From positions 4,419 to 68,418 of the IMG/VR virus record IMGVR_UViG_3300035180_000994: 64,000 nt of DNA; one strand, 5' to 3'. This document shows positions 43,878 to 53,067 of this stretch, piece by piece. Both the position numbers and the translations under genes were made by a program. This DNA is from a virus. Positions within the stretch are counted from its first letter, which is position 1, and each line of letters begins with the position of its first letter. The notes beneath the pieces were generated by a model that was not told the DNA's origin, searched no databases, and saw only the letters and a program-made list of their open reading frames with translations.

Positions 43878-46637
43878 CTACTTGGTGCCCTTGGTGCCCG
43901 TCACCACTTTGACAACCAGGGTAGTCCCGTCGAGGCTCTGGGCGCGAACGAAAACTTCGTAGTTGAAGCCCCCGCTGCCCTTGGCGTTGTTGCACCAGAC
44001 GGCTGCCTGGGCGATGGCGCCGTCCACCAGCATCTTCTTCTGGTCGTCGGTGAGCTTGTTCATCGCGGTCTGGAACTGGGCCACGGCGGCTTCCTGGGCC
44101 TGTGCCGTCGCCTGGGGTCCACCAGTCACCCGGATGGTCTCGGCGAGGTCCAGGTGGTCCTCGAAGGGTGCGGAGAGGGCGAGAGGCTTGTTCGTCACCT
44201 GGAAGACCGCGATGAGCTGGGCGGCGTAGCCCCCGAGCACACCCTTCAGGAACTTGTCCACGGCGAGGAAGGTCTCGTCCTGGGGGACGGCGTCTTCCTT
44301 CGAGGGCTCGTTGTAGTTGCCGGTCTCGGGTGTCGCGGCGGTCTCGTCGGCATGAGCCTGGGGATGCTCCTCTTCGGCGGGGGCGGCCATGTCGAGGCCC
44401 TGGAAGAACGCGAGGGCCCCGTCAGCCTTCTTGCGGCGGGCCTGCTTGTTCTCGTCCGAAGAGGGCGGGGGGACCATGGAGAGCGCGTCGCCGACGGACA
44501 GGCCGCCAGCCTCGGCACCGGCGCCAGCGGCGGCAGCACCTTCAGCGGCGGCAGCACCTTCAGCGGCAGCCGCGCCACCCTCAAGGGCAGCAGCACCGGC
44601 CTCGGCGATGGGGATCAGCGCGGGGAGGAAGGCTTCCTTGCCGGTCCCGGCGGCCTTGGGCCGCTTGAAGGTCAGGGCGGCGCTGGGGATATCGGCGTGC
44701 GGGGCGTAGAAGTTGCGGGAGAACTCAGGGCCGTAGAAGGACATCTCCTGCCTGAGGGGCACACCACCTGCGTTCGAGTCCAGGCCCTGGTTCAGGCCAG
44801 TGGCGTTGGGGTCCTGGGCCACACCCTTACCGGGGGCGCCGAAGGGGTTGATCAGGTTGGGATCTTCCTGCTGGGAGATGAAGGGGCTGTCCACCACGTC
44901 ATGCTGGAGTTCGGGCATGAACTGCTCCAGGACGGTCCCGGGGTTCCACCAGTTGCCCGCCACCTTCTTCTCGGGGCAGGTGCAGGAGCCGTCGCACTCG
45001 TGTCCGTCTTCGCAGGTCTTGGCGATCACCAGGGCGGCGGTCAGCATGTTCCGGCGGACATCATCGGTCGCGGCGGTCTTCGACCCGTAGCGGGCCGCCT
45101 GGGAGGCTTCCTTGACCCATTCCCCGCCGAAGGTGATGCCGTCCACCATGGCGGCGGCCCATACGGACTTGGTCTTCGGGTCGGTGATGACGTAGCTGAG
45201 CTTGGGAGGATTCTTGTCCTCGGCGGCGAGGTCGCGGTTCAGGATCTGGTATTGTCCCTGGCCGTAGGGCTTGATCAGCCCCTGCTCTTTCATGAAGAGC
45301 ACGGCGGGCTTGAGCTTGTCGGTGACCTTCTTCAGCTCGGACTTCAGGCCCTCTTCGGAGAGGACGCGGCCACCCCAGTGCTGGACGAAGGCGTTGACGG
45401 CCTGGACGGTCCCCTGGGAGAACGAGGCACCGGCGTCGAAGAGCCCGGCCTCCTTGGTCTGCATGGCGGTGGCGGCTTCGGCACCCTCACCGGGGGCGGT
45501 GTCACCCTCGTTCATCTGGGGTGCGAGGCCGGTCAGGGGCACGTTGTTGCCCTCGTCCTCGGCAGCAGCGGTGACAGGGGAGGGGCCGTCCACGACCTGT
45601 GGGGTCCGGTCGCTGACGTTGCCAGCCTCACCCAGTTCGAGGTTCTCACCCCGCTGGCGGTGCTCGTCGAAGTCGGTGTCACCGTGGGTCTTCCCGTCGG
45701 TGTTGCCCTCGGCGGAGGCCATGGTGAAGATCGGGGTCGTGGCGGGGGCGGTGATCTCAGCGGCCTGGGCCGGGGTGGCGGTCGAGCCCGCCTGGGGGGC
45801 GAAGGTCGAGGCAGGGGTGCACTCGGCAGCCGTGCGCTTGACGTTCTGCTGGACTTCCTTCTCGATGGCCTGGAACATACCCAGCTCGGCATCGCTCAGG
45901 TCCTCGTGCTCCAGCTTGGGGATGTCGGCGCCGGTCAGGCGGATGACCCTGCGGCCCAGGGAGGCGGACTTCGCGGAGGAGCCTTCCTCAGCGGCGAGGT
46001 CCAGGCCCTTGGCGAACTCGGGGTAGTCGGGCTCTTCGCTCTTCTCGATCCGGTAGATGTGTTGGGTGCTCGGCATGATCTTCGTCAGCGGGGCGCTGTC
46101 GGGATCCACGGCGCGGAGCTGGTCGAACACGGAGGAGAGGCTGGGGTCGAAGGGGCTGGCGTAGGCCACATCCCGCAGGTTGGCCAGGGCGGTGTCCTCA
46201 TTGTAGACGAAGGACTGGTAGCCGCTGGGGTGGGCCCACGAGGGGGCGAAGACGATGAGGGGAGCGTAGTCGCCCTTCTCGTTCTTGAACGCGACCTCCT
46301 TGAAAGCCTGGAGGGTCTCGCGGCTCAGCTCGTCGCTGTCCACCAGGGCACCCATCTGGAACTCGACCATGCCCTCAGATGTCGTGTGCTTCCGGAGGTT
46401 CACGTCGAGGAGGATGTGGGGGAAGTCCTCGGGCTTGTTGCAGACTGAGACGGGGACGACGTAGACATCCCCGACTTCGATGTCGTGGCGGTAGCCCTTG
46501 CGGTGGAGGGCCACGCGCTGGACTTTCGACTGGGACTTCGCGTCCTTGACTGCCGTCTTCAGGGCGTCAAAGGCGGCGGAGAGCACCTGATCGTTGGCGC
46601 CGAAGACCTGATAGGAGCGGAGGATCGCTTGGGACAT
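43878..46637 (-). CDS. large multi-segment protein with many K-x-A linkers (putative processed head protein)
   Basis: Start revised to MSQAIL; KSAS, RTAA, KEAG, KTAA, KVAG, KAAG, KEAF, KQAR, KKAD. Confidence 0.65.
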   Translation of the reverse strand: MSQAILRSYQVFGANDQVLSAAFDALKTAVKDAKSQSKVQRVALHRKGYRHDIEVGDVYVVPVSVCNKPEDFPHILLDVNLRKHTTSEGMVEFQMGALVDSDELSRETLQAFKEVAFKNEKGDYAPLIVFAPSWAHPSGYQSFVYNEDTALANLRDVAYASPFDPSLSSVFDQLRAVDPDSAPLTKIMPSTQHIYRIEKSEEPDYPEFAKGLDLAAEEGSSAKSASLGRRVIRLTGADIPKLEHEDLSDAELGMFQAIEKEVQQNVKRTAAECTPASTFAPQAGSTATPAQAAEITAPATTPIFTMASAEGNTDGKTHGDTDFDEHRQRGENLELGEAGNVSDRTPQVVDGPSPVTAAAEDEGNNVPLTGLAPQMNEGDTAPGEGAEAATAMQTKEAGLFDAGASFSQGTVQAVNAFVQHWGGRVLSEEGLKSELKKVTDKLKPAVLFMKEQGLIKPYGQGQYQILNRDLAAEDKNPPKLSYVITDPKTKSVWAAAMVDGITFGGEWVKEASQAARYGSKTAATDDVRRNMLTAALVIAKTCEDGHECDGSCTCPEKKVAGNWWNPGTVLEQFMPELQHDVVDSPFISQQEDPNLINPFGAPGKGVAQDPNATGLNQGLDSNAGGVPLRQEMSFYGPEFSRNFYAPHADIPSAALTFKRPKAAGTGKEAFLPALIPIAEAGAAALEGGAAAAEGAAAAEGAAAAGAGAEAGGLSVGDALSMVPPPSSDENKQARRKKADGALAFFQGLDMAAPAEEEHPQAHADETAATPETGNYNEPSKEDAVPQDETFLAVDKFLKGVLGGYAAQLIAVFQVTNKPLALSAPFEDHLDLAETIRVTGGPQATAQAQEAAVAQFQTAMNKLTDDQKKMLVDGAIAQAAVWCNNAKGSGGFNYEVFVRAQSLDGTTLVVKVVTGTKGTK
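44525..44570 (-). repeat. 18-bp tandem repeat (AAAAEG)
   Basis: CAGCGGCGGCAGCACCTT x2 plus partial. Confidence 0.8.
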
Positions 46638-46641
46638 GGGT

Positions 46642-47199
46642 TCATCCTTCAGGAAGCAGAGGGGCGGAAGGGGTAGGGGTGACTCCAAAAGAGAGTGCGG
46701 AATCAGCCGCAACCCTCTCGGTTTCCTTCCTCAGCTCGGGCTCACGGGCGATGAGGAGGTCCCGGAACACGCGGAGGCAGTGGTTGATGCTGTCTTCGGG
46801 CTGCCCGGACTGCTTCAGGGAGGTCCTGAACAGCAGGACCAGCTCGCCGAGGACGAACTTGAACTTGGGGCCGTCGAAGTTGAGGAAGTCCTTCTTCGAG
46901 ATCGTTTCCCCCTCCAGGAGCGTCTTCGATAGCTCGCGGAGGGCCTTCACGCGCTCGTTCACCGACCGGGGGTTAAAGTCGATCTTCGGGTCGGTCAGGG
47001 CGTAGGCGATCTCCAAGGAGATCAGCTTGTTCACCTGCTCCAGGTCGGTGGCCTCGGGGTCATCCAGGAGGGCGATGATCTCATCCATGCGGGTGGGGTG
47101 GGGCTTGCCGATGTTGTCGTCCGCAGGCGGCACGAACACCCCGGGGGTGCCGGAGCCCCCCAGATCAATCTCCCGCTCTCCCGCGATACCCTGGCCCAT
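46642..47199 (-). CDS. hypothetical helical protein, possible terminase small subunit
   Basis: 185 aa, helical, two genes upstream of TerL in the same unit; function from context only. Confidence 0.4.
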   Translation of the reverse strand: MGQGIAGEREIDLGGSGTPGVFVPPADDNIGKPHPTRMDEIIALLDDPEATDLEQVNKLISLEIAYALTDPKIDFNPRSVNERVKALRELSKTLLEGETISKKDFLNFDGPKFKFVLGELVLLFRTSLKQSGQPEDSINHCLRVFRDLLIAREPELRKETERVAADSALSFGVTPTPSAPLLPEG

Positions 47200-47212
47200 G
47201 TAATGCCTCCAG

Positions 47213-48535
47213 CTAGAACTGTAGCGCAGCGATGCTCGGCATCTCTACATCAAGTAGCTGGCGGTCCTGGGCGAAGTCGATGGTCAGCTCGGGGGCCCGG
47301 AGTTCCAGGCCGTCCATGGTGGCCACGCCGTCGGCAGCGGCGACGCTGGCGGTCTTCGCCTGCTTCTCCATGCCGGGGTAGGACAGCAGGGTCCCACCGG
47401 TGAAGCCGCAGTGCATCCCGGCCCGGAAGGAGCAGGAGGAGCACTTGTCCTTGCCGAGGATGGTCTCCGAGGCGGTGAGGCGGCGCTTGAGGATCGAGCA
47501 GTCCACGGCGGCGAGGTTGATCCGCGCACCCGTCTTCTTCAGGCTGTCGAGGTATTCCCGCACTACCTTCTGGGTCTTGGCGGAACCGTAAGCCTTCTTG
47601 GAGGCCACGTAGACATCGTTCAGGGTCTGGCCGCCTTCGATGCTGGCGGTGACGGTCTTGGGGGTGAAGGACGTGGCGTTCTCACGGGCCTTCTGGGCGT
47701 CCCAGGCGGCCACGCGGGAGACCCCGGCGGTCGTCAGGGTGGCGTCGCGCTCTTCGGACCGGGCGATGACGTTCACGGTGTGGCCGGGGCGGGCGGTGGA
47801 CTCACCGTTGTGCCGGGCGACGAGGGAGGCCCTCTTCATCTGGGAACCAGCCAGCCGGGCGACGATGCCCTTGAGGTCCTTCTCGGAGGACACGATGGGC
47901 AGGCCGTAGGTGGCGCACTTGGAGCCGCCCTCCAGGTCGGACTTGCAGTTCTCACAGCCGTCGCAGGCGGCGATGCGCTTGACGCTCGCGGCCTTGATCA
48001 CGCCGTTGGCCTTGATGTGTCGCATGGAGGCCGTGCAGGACTTCTGGTTGAAGTGGTTGGGCTCCAGGTAGGCGTAGCCGAGGAGGCCCGCCTGATCCTT
48101 GAGGAAGCCGTCGGACTCCGTGCGGTCGAACATCTGCTGCTCGGCCAGCTTGTTCAGGTAGGCGGTGACCTGTTTGGGGGTCTTGCCCAGGTGGAGCAGG
48201 GCCCGGATGCGGATCTTCACGTCGGCGGAGGCCATCATTGGCTTGCCCAGACGCTCTTCGTCCACCTTCTCGCCCGACGACTGCTTGAGCACGTCGTTCA
48301 TCAGGCTGTCCTCGGTCGTGAAGGGACGCCCGCCGTTCTGCTGCCAGTCCTGCTCGGCAGCGACGATGCCGGTGCCGGGGTTGGCCGCGTTGTGTTCGCC
48401 GCCGGGGGCCAGCTCATCGAGTAGGCCGTCGTCCTCCGTCTCGGACAGGGTCTTGAAGTCCTGGCCGCGCTGGATGGCGCCGTCGGTGGAGGGGCGGAAG
48501 TCGGAGAGGAGCTGGTCAATGAGCTGAGACGACAT
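47213..48535 (-). CDS. protein with two Cys-rich (C..CxxC..C) modules
   Basis: Start revised to MSSQLID; ACDGCENC...KCATYGLPIV and KCSSCSF...HCGFTGGTLL; KRAS and KTAS linkers. Confidence 0.7.
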   Translation of the reverse strand: MSSQLIDQLLSDFRPSTDGAIQRGQDFKTLSETEDDGLLDELAPGGEHNAANPGTGIVAAEQDWQQNGGRPFTTEDSLMNDVLKQSSGEKVDEERLGKPMMASADVKIRIRALLHLGKTPKQVTAYLNKLAEQQMFDRTESDGFLKDQAGLLGYAYLEPNHFNQKSCTASMRHIKANGVIKAASVKRIAACDGCENCKSDLEGGSKCATYGLPIVSSEKDLKGIVARLAGSQMKRASLVARHNGESTARPGHTVNVIARSEERDATLTTAGVSRVAAWDAQKARENATSFTPKTVTASIEGGQTLNDVYVASKKAYGSAKTQKVVREYLDSLKKTGARINLAAVDCSILKRRLTASETILGKDKCSSCSFRAGMHCGFTGGTLLSYPGMEKQAKTASVAAADGVATMDGLELRAPELTIDFAQDRQLLDVEMPSIAALQF

Positions 48536-48536
48536 G

Positions 48537-48893
48537 TTAGAACTCCAAGTCGGCGAGGATGCTGTGAAGGGTGCGTTCGGGGTCGTCGATGTCAGCGGCG
48601 GCGAGCTTCTCCCCGTCATCGACGGAGGAATCAGCGCCGGTCAGGCGGACGAGCTTGCCGTTACGGACGGCCCAGAAGTCACGGGTCGCAGGCTGCTCGT
48701 AGACGTTGCCAGCCACACGGGTGATCGAGATCCCCATATCGTAGGCCATCTTCATCACGGCGGTTTCGTCCGCGATGGGTGTGGCGGCTGCGGTCTTGCC
48801 CAGCCCCAGGCGGCCCAGGGCTTCACCTAGAAGGCCCCCGTCACGCGCCCTCGGGGTGCCAAGCATGTGCTGCTGTGCATGGATCAGCGGCAT
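48537..48893 (-). CDS. hypothetical late protein
   Basis: 118 aa, GGGAGG RBS, KTAA motif. Confidence 0.7.
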   Translation of the reverse strand: MPLIHAQQHMLGTPRARDGGLLGEALGRLGLGKTAAATPIADETAVMKMAYDMGISITRVAGNVYEQPATRDFWAVRNGKLVRLTGADSSVDDGEKLAAADIDDPERTLHSILADLEF

Positions 48894-48918
48894 GACGACC
48901 TCCCAAAACAGACTTCTT

Positions 48919-48938
48919 CACCTAAGTATTGCGAAGTT
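48919..48938 (-). promoter_or_regulatory. class L promoter motif
   Basis: AACTTC-N8-TAGGTG heading the unit that leads to terminase. Confidence 0.6.
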
Positions 48939-49004
48939 CGAGTTTTCTTTCCCTCTGAACTTCTCGGCCACGAAGGTAAAGGGCTGTAGGTGGCGAACGC
49001 CATC

Positions 49005-49742
49005 TCAGTAGGAGGCCCGGGAGACGAGGACGTGCTCGTCGAACATCGGGTCCGTGACGTTGATCCTGAACGCGCCGACGACGTTGGGGTCGGCCTTGTG
49101 GAGGTGGCTGTGCTTCTGGATCTTGCGGGCAGAGAACCCCGTGCCGGTGATCGAAGCCTTGTCGATCAGGCCGTGGATGTAGGCCCCGAAGGCGACGTGC
49201 TCTTCGTGCTGGTCGCCCATCAGGACGTTCACGGCCTTGGTCAGGGCCCGGCGCACGTCGGGGCGGTGGAGGTGGAGGTTGTCGGCCACGGCGGTGAAGG
49301 AGCGCCGGTGGCGATACTCGTCCACGATGGTCGAGGTCCGCACCCCGTCGATCAACTGGTTCACGTCATGGAGGACCAGAATCTCGTCGAGGACGGTGAC
49401 GGGTGGGTGGCCGTCGTGCATGGCCGCGACCCCGAGCTTCTTCAGCGCCATCCGGATTCGGAAGGAGCACAACGTCTGGGTCGAGCGGTAGAGCTTGGCG
49501 AGGCACCACTGGGGCTTCGACAGTAGGTAGTAGCTCATGAGTAGTTCCTGGTCCTCAGGGTTGAGGTGCCTGAGGAACGGGAGGAACTGCCCGAAGTTGT
49601 CCCGGATGCTCTCGCCGACGGAGTCCTTGGCGAGGTCGCTTTGGGTCTCCAGGGAGATGGTCGCGTCCGCGAAGTCCTCCGCGCCGACCTTCATGGAACG
49701 AGCTGCGGTGATCGACTCGAAGTAGGGCGTCATCTCTGCCAA
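49005..49742 (-). CDS. sigma-factor-like transcription regulator with two region-4-like HTH units
   Basis: LRHLNPEDQELLMSYYLLSKPQWCLAKLYRSTQTLCSFRIRMALKKL and RRSFTAVADNLHLHRPDVRRALTKAVNVL. Confidence 0.68.
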   Translation of the reverse strand: MAEMTPYFESITAARSMKVGAEDFADATISLETQSDLAKDSVGESIRDNFGQFLPFLRHLNPEDQELLMSYYLLSKPQWCLAKLYRSTQTLCSFRIRMALKKLGVAAMHDGHPPVTVLDEILVLHDVNQLIDGVRTSTIVDEYRHRRSFTAVADNLHLHRPDVRRALTKAVNVLMGDQHEEHVAFGAYIHGLIDKASITGTGFSARKIQKHSHLHKADPNVVGAFRINVTDPMFDEHVLVSRASY

Positions 49743-49792
49743 GGCTGTCTCCCTTTATTCGCCTTCGGCACATTCGTGTCTAGGGTCAAGTA

Positions 49793-49821
49793 AGTATAGG
49801 TATTTATCCCCTTCCAGGCAA
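49793..49821 (-). promoter_or_regulatory. canonical host sigma70-type promoter
   Basis: TTGCCT-17 bp-TATACT in AT-rich intergenic DNA, just downstream of a terminator. Confidence 0.75.
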
Positions 49822-49846
49822 AAAGAATGGGACCCGAAGGTCCCAT
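49820..49846 (-). terminator. intrinsic terminator with UUCG loop
   Basis: ATGGGACC-TTCG-GGTCCCAT followed by TCTTTTT. Confidence 0.85.
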
Positions 49847-49909
49847 GTCCACTAGCTACTTGAGTTTTTTTCGCTTTTTCTTCCCGTCCTACTTCATGAA
49901 GGCCAGGAC

Positions 49910-52732
49910 TTATTCGTCCTTCTTCTCGTCCTTCTTCTCGTCCTTGGGCTGTTCGCCGTGGGGGCCAGCATCGGGGTTGTCAGCGGGCTCTTCGACGCCG
50001 GGGGCTTCCTCGACGGCTTCCTCCTCCACATCCACGGGGGCCGCGTCGGGGAGGGTGATGCCGAGGTTGTCGGCCAGGGCTTCCGTCTGGGCCATCACCT
50101 TGTCCATGGCGAGGTAGAACTCACCGAGGGCTTCCTCCAACTGGGCAGGCTCCTCAGCGGCGAGGTGCTTCAGGCCCGCGAACTTCTCCTCGCCCTCGAC
50201 CTCGGCGACCTCCATGGGGGCGCCCTCCTTGACCTCGGCACCCTCGACGGGGGCCACGATGCCCAGGTTCTCCTGGAGGATCGTCAGGTTGTTGAGCTGT
50301 TCGGAGAGTTGAGACTTCAGGCCGTCGATGGCTTCAGCGATGGCTTCGGGGTTCTCGGCGGCGATGCGCTTCAGCGCGGCGAACTTGGCAGACACGGTGG
50401 CCTCCTTGAGAGATGACGTGGTCATGTGGTCGGGATCAGGCGCGAAATCGGTCTGCTCCGCTGGGGTGAGGTTGAGTTCCCCGCCGAGGGAGCGGGCTTG
50501 CCGGGGCATACCGGCGTCAATACGAGCAGAGTACTGTTCATCGGTCTCGTCGGGGCGCTTCTGGTGCCACTCATGGGAGCGTTGCTGCATCTTCCACAGG
50601 GGCTCTTTGCCTTCGGACCGGCCCTTGGCATCCATCACGTCCTGGACGGTCAGGTAGGCGGCTGCCTTGGCCCTCTTGGAGCCGTAACGGGCGGGCTGGC
50701 CACTCAGGAGTCCCCCGGGGGTCTTATCCCCGGGGGTCCACTCCTGCTTCTCTTCGTTCCAGACCGGCTTGGGCATCAGAGGTCCCCAGGCGGCACCAGG
50801 GTCCTCACACTCGTCGCACGCGGCGTTGACCGCGATCTGGCGCTTGGCCCCCACGATGTGGAAGCCCTCGGGGCTGTCGTCTTCAGCGGGGTAGCCCGAT
50901 GCCGTACGGAAGGCTTCCTCAGCGGCGTCCTTGCCGGGGTAGTCCTTCGAGGCGATCTTCCTCGCGGCCTTGCGTCCATGGGCACCCTCGGTGAGGGAGG
51001 CGGCGACTTCGATGGTGCCCTGCTCAGGGTCCTGGATGGTCACCTTCGTGTCCATCAGGCGGGCGATGTCCATCTTCACGACGTTCCGCCAGTCAGCCTT
51101 CTGGTCGAACGGGATCTGGAAGTACTCGATGGCGTTTTCCCATACGATGGACCGCAGACGGCGGATTACCTTCTCCAGGAGGTCGTGGTCCTGCTCCAAC
51201 ACGTCGCCGCGCATCATCGGGATCACGAACGTCCCGACGGCCTGCCGGATGCGGCGCTCGGGGAGGGACTTGTCCTGGCCCCAGTCACCGACCTCGATCT
51301 TGTAGCTCCCGGCGCCGGGGGTGGTCCTCAGCTTGGGGGAGTAGAAGGAGATGTCCATGAAGCGGGGGTTGGCGCGGTTGCCACCCAGGCGAAGGTAGAG
51401 GATGGACTGCTCGACGACCTTCGGGGCGGCTTCTTTCGTCATGAGGGGGATGTAGGTGGCCAGCTTAGCCATGAAGTCCGAGGCTGAGGCGCAAGCGGAG
51501 ATGGGGGCGGTAGATCCGATCTTGGGGGGAGGCTGCTGCATCTCCTTGGCTTTCGTGCCCACCTGCTCCGTGTCCTCCATGGGCTCTGGGATCGGTTCGG
51601 GGGCTGGTGTCGGTTCAGGGGCTGGTGTGCCAACCGCATCGGTGCCTGCTTGTTCAGTGACACGCTGGCGGAGCTTGTTGATCAGCTTGGTGAGGTGGCT
51701 GTTTGGGGCCTTGCTCGTCCGCGCAAAGTTCTGCAACTCCTCGGCAACGATGGGGAGGATGCGGCGCATGTTCGAGTAGGACGTGCCAGTCTCCACGGGC
51801 CAGCGGGCCTTGACCTCGGCGCCGTCATGCGCGGTGATGATCAGCCGCAGGAGCTGGATGCACGTCTTGGAGAGGTTACCGCCCCGGGCGCCCTGGAGGT
51901 ATTGCTCGAAGGCATCCAGGAACTGGCTGAGGGAGCGGATCGCAGACTCAGATTGGGCCTCAGCCTCCTGGTCCACGTAGTCCCCCGGGAGCACATCAGC
52001 GAGGGTATCCCCCCATCCTTCGCCGTTCACGGGTTCGTCGAGGGTGGAGCCGGAGTCATACTGGCGACCTCGGGCCTTGTCGCCCGCTTCGGACTTGCCG
52101 GTGGCCTGCCACTTGAAGAGCTGGGTGAGGTAGGCGGTGAGCCGCTTCTCCAGCGGGGTCTCCTTGCCGTCCCGGGACGTGCCCTTCGTGGGGTCGAACC
52201 GCTCCAGGACGTGGCGACCCAGGAACAGGGTGACCAGGGCGTCTTGGATGGCGTCCTTGCGCTCTTCCTCGTTCTTCACGCCAGCGGACATGAAGATGTT
52301 GTTCAGCCGAGCGTCCCAGTCAACCGTGGGGTCGATGGGGAGGTCGGCGCTGGTGATGAACTCGTTGATGATGGGACCGAACTGGCCGCCCCACGCGAAG
52401 ACAGCCACGGCTGCCAGCTTCTTTGCCCAAACAGGGACGAAGTCCTGCACGGCGTCCTTGACGACCATCTGAGCCAGCTTCCCCCGGAGGGTCTGACCGT
52501 TGAGGACGAAAAAATCACCCTGTCTCAGCATGGTCTTGGCGACGAACCCTACCCCCGACACCGGCTGGACGTAGGAGCCCAGCTTGGTCCGGAGAATGGA
52601 CGCGGTCGTGTTGGAATCCAGACCCGTGGCCGCCCTGTCGATCAAGGCAGCCAGCCGAGCCGCCGGGGGCAGCTCGTGCGGGGAAGGTGCGGCAGGGGCA
52701 ACCGTAAGGCTGCCCACGAGCTTCTTGGACAT
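49910..52732 (-). CDS. 940-aa multi-domain protein with embedded sigma70-family domain
   Basis: KDAIQDALVTLF...ERFDPTKG...LTAYLTQLFKW (region 2), STLDEPVNGEGWGDTLADVLP (region 3.2), helical region-4-like segment; K-x-A linkers; duplicated C-terminal helix unit. Confidence 0.7.
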   Translation of the reverse strand: MSKKLVGSLTVAPAAPSPHELPPAARLAALIDRAATGLDSNTTASILRTKLGSYVQPVSGVGFVAKTMLRQGDFFVLNGQTLRGKLAQMVVKDAVQDFVPVWAKKLAAVAVFAWGGQFGPIINEFITSADLPIDPTVDWDARLNNIFMSAGVKNEEERKDAIQDALVTLFLGRHVLERFDPTKGTSRDGKETPLEKRLTAYLTQLFKWQATGKSEAGDKARGRQYDSGSTLDEPVNGEGWGDTLADVLPGDYVDQEAEAQSESAIRSLSQFLDAFEQYLQGARGGNLSKTCIQLLRLIITAHDGAEVKARWPVETGTSYSNMRRILPIVAEELQNFARTSKAPNSHLTKLINKLRQRVTEQAGTDAVGTPAPEPTPAPEPIPEPMEDTEQVGTKAKEMQQPPPKIGSTAPISACASASDFMAKLATYIPLMTKEAAPKVVEQSILYLRLGGNRANPRFMDISFYSPKLRTTPGAGSYKIEVGDWGQDKSLPERRIRQAVGTFVIPMMRGDVLEQDHDLLEKVIRRLRSIVWENAIEYFQIPFDQKADWRNVVKMDIARLMDTKVTIQDPEQGTIEVAASLTEGAHGRKAARKIASKDYPGKDAAEEAFRTASGYPAEDDSPEGFHIVGAKRQIAVNAACDECEDPGAAWGPLMPKPVWNEEKQEWTPGDKTPGGLLSGQPARYGSKRAKAAAYLTVQDVMDAKGRSEGKEPLWKMQQRSHEWHQKRPDETDEQYSARIDAGMPRQARSLGGELNLTPAEQTDFAPDPDHMTTSSLKEATVSAKFAALKRIAAENPEAIAEAIDGLKSQLSEQLNNLTILQENLGIVAPVEGAEVKEGAPMEVAEVEGEEKFAGLKHLAAEEPAQLEEALGEFYLAMDKVMAQTEALADNLGITLPDAAPVDVEEEAVEEAPGVEEPADNPDAGPHGEQPKDEKKDEKKDE

Positions 52733-52756
52733 GGGGACCTCGTGGGGCTAGGTCGG

Positions 52757-52975
52757 TTAATCCAGGATCTCGTCGTTGGGGTCGAAGGCGGTCTTGGAGT
52801 CCTCGCTGAGGATCTCTTCGACGGTCGAGAGGTAAGCCTCACGGTCCTTGAAGGCATCGGCGGTGTTGGCGGGCAGGTCCTTGTCAACGATGCCAGCCTG
52901 CTTGGCACCGGTAGCGACGGCCCCGGCGTAGAGAGCGTTCATCGCCTGCTTGTCAGCGACTGCGATCTGGGTCAT
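52757..52975 (-). CDS. small late protein
   Basis: 72 aa, AGGAGGA RBS, KQAG and KTAF motifs. Confidence 0.7.
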   Translation of the reverse strand: MTQIAVADKQAMNALYAGAVATGAKQAGIVDKDLPANTADAFKDREAYLSTVEEILSEDSKTAFDPNDEILD

Positions 52976-53037
52976 GGTGCGTCCTCCTGGTAAGGGGTCC
53001 CTGAGATGAAGAGTGCCCTGGGGGTAAAGGGTTCGTC

Positions 53038-53058
53038 CAGTAGAAGGTGTGGGAAGTC
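53038..53058 (-). promoter_or_regulatory. class L promoter motif
   Basis: GACTTC-N9-CTACTG. Confidence 0.65.
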
Positions 53059-53067
53059 TCGAAAGGG

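Noticed and set aside
49850-49912. Short in-frame peptides after the 49910 stop suggesting read-through or TAG recoding
   Set aside because: TAG, TAA and TGA all end many well-formed, tightly packed genes; conserved enzymes are not interrupted.
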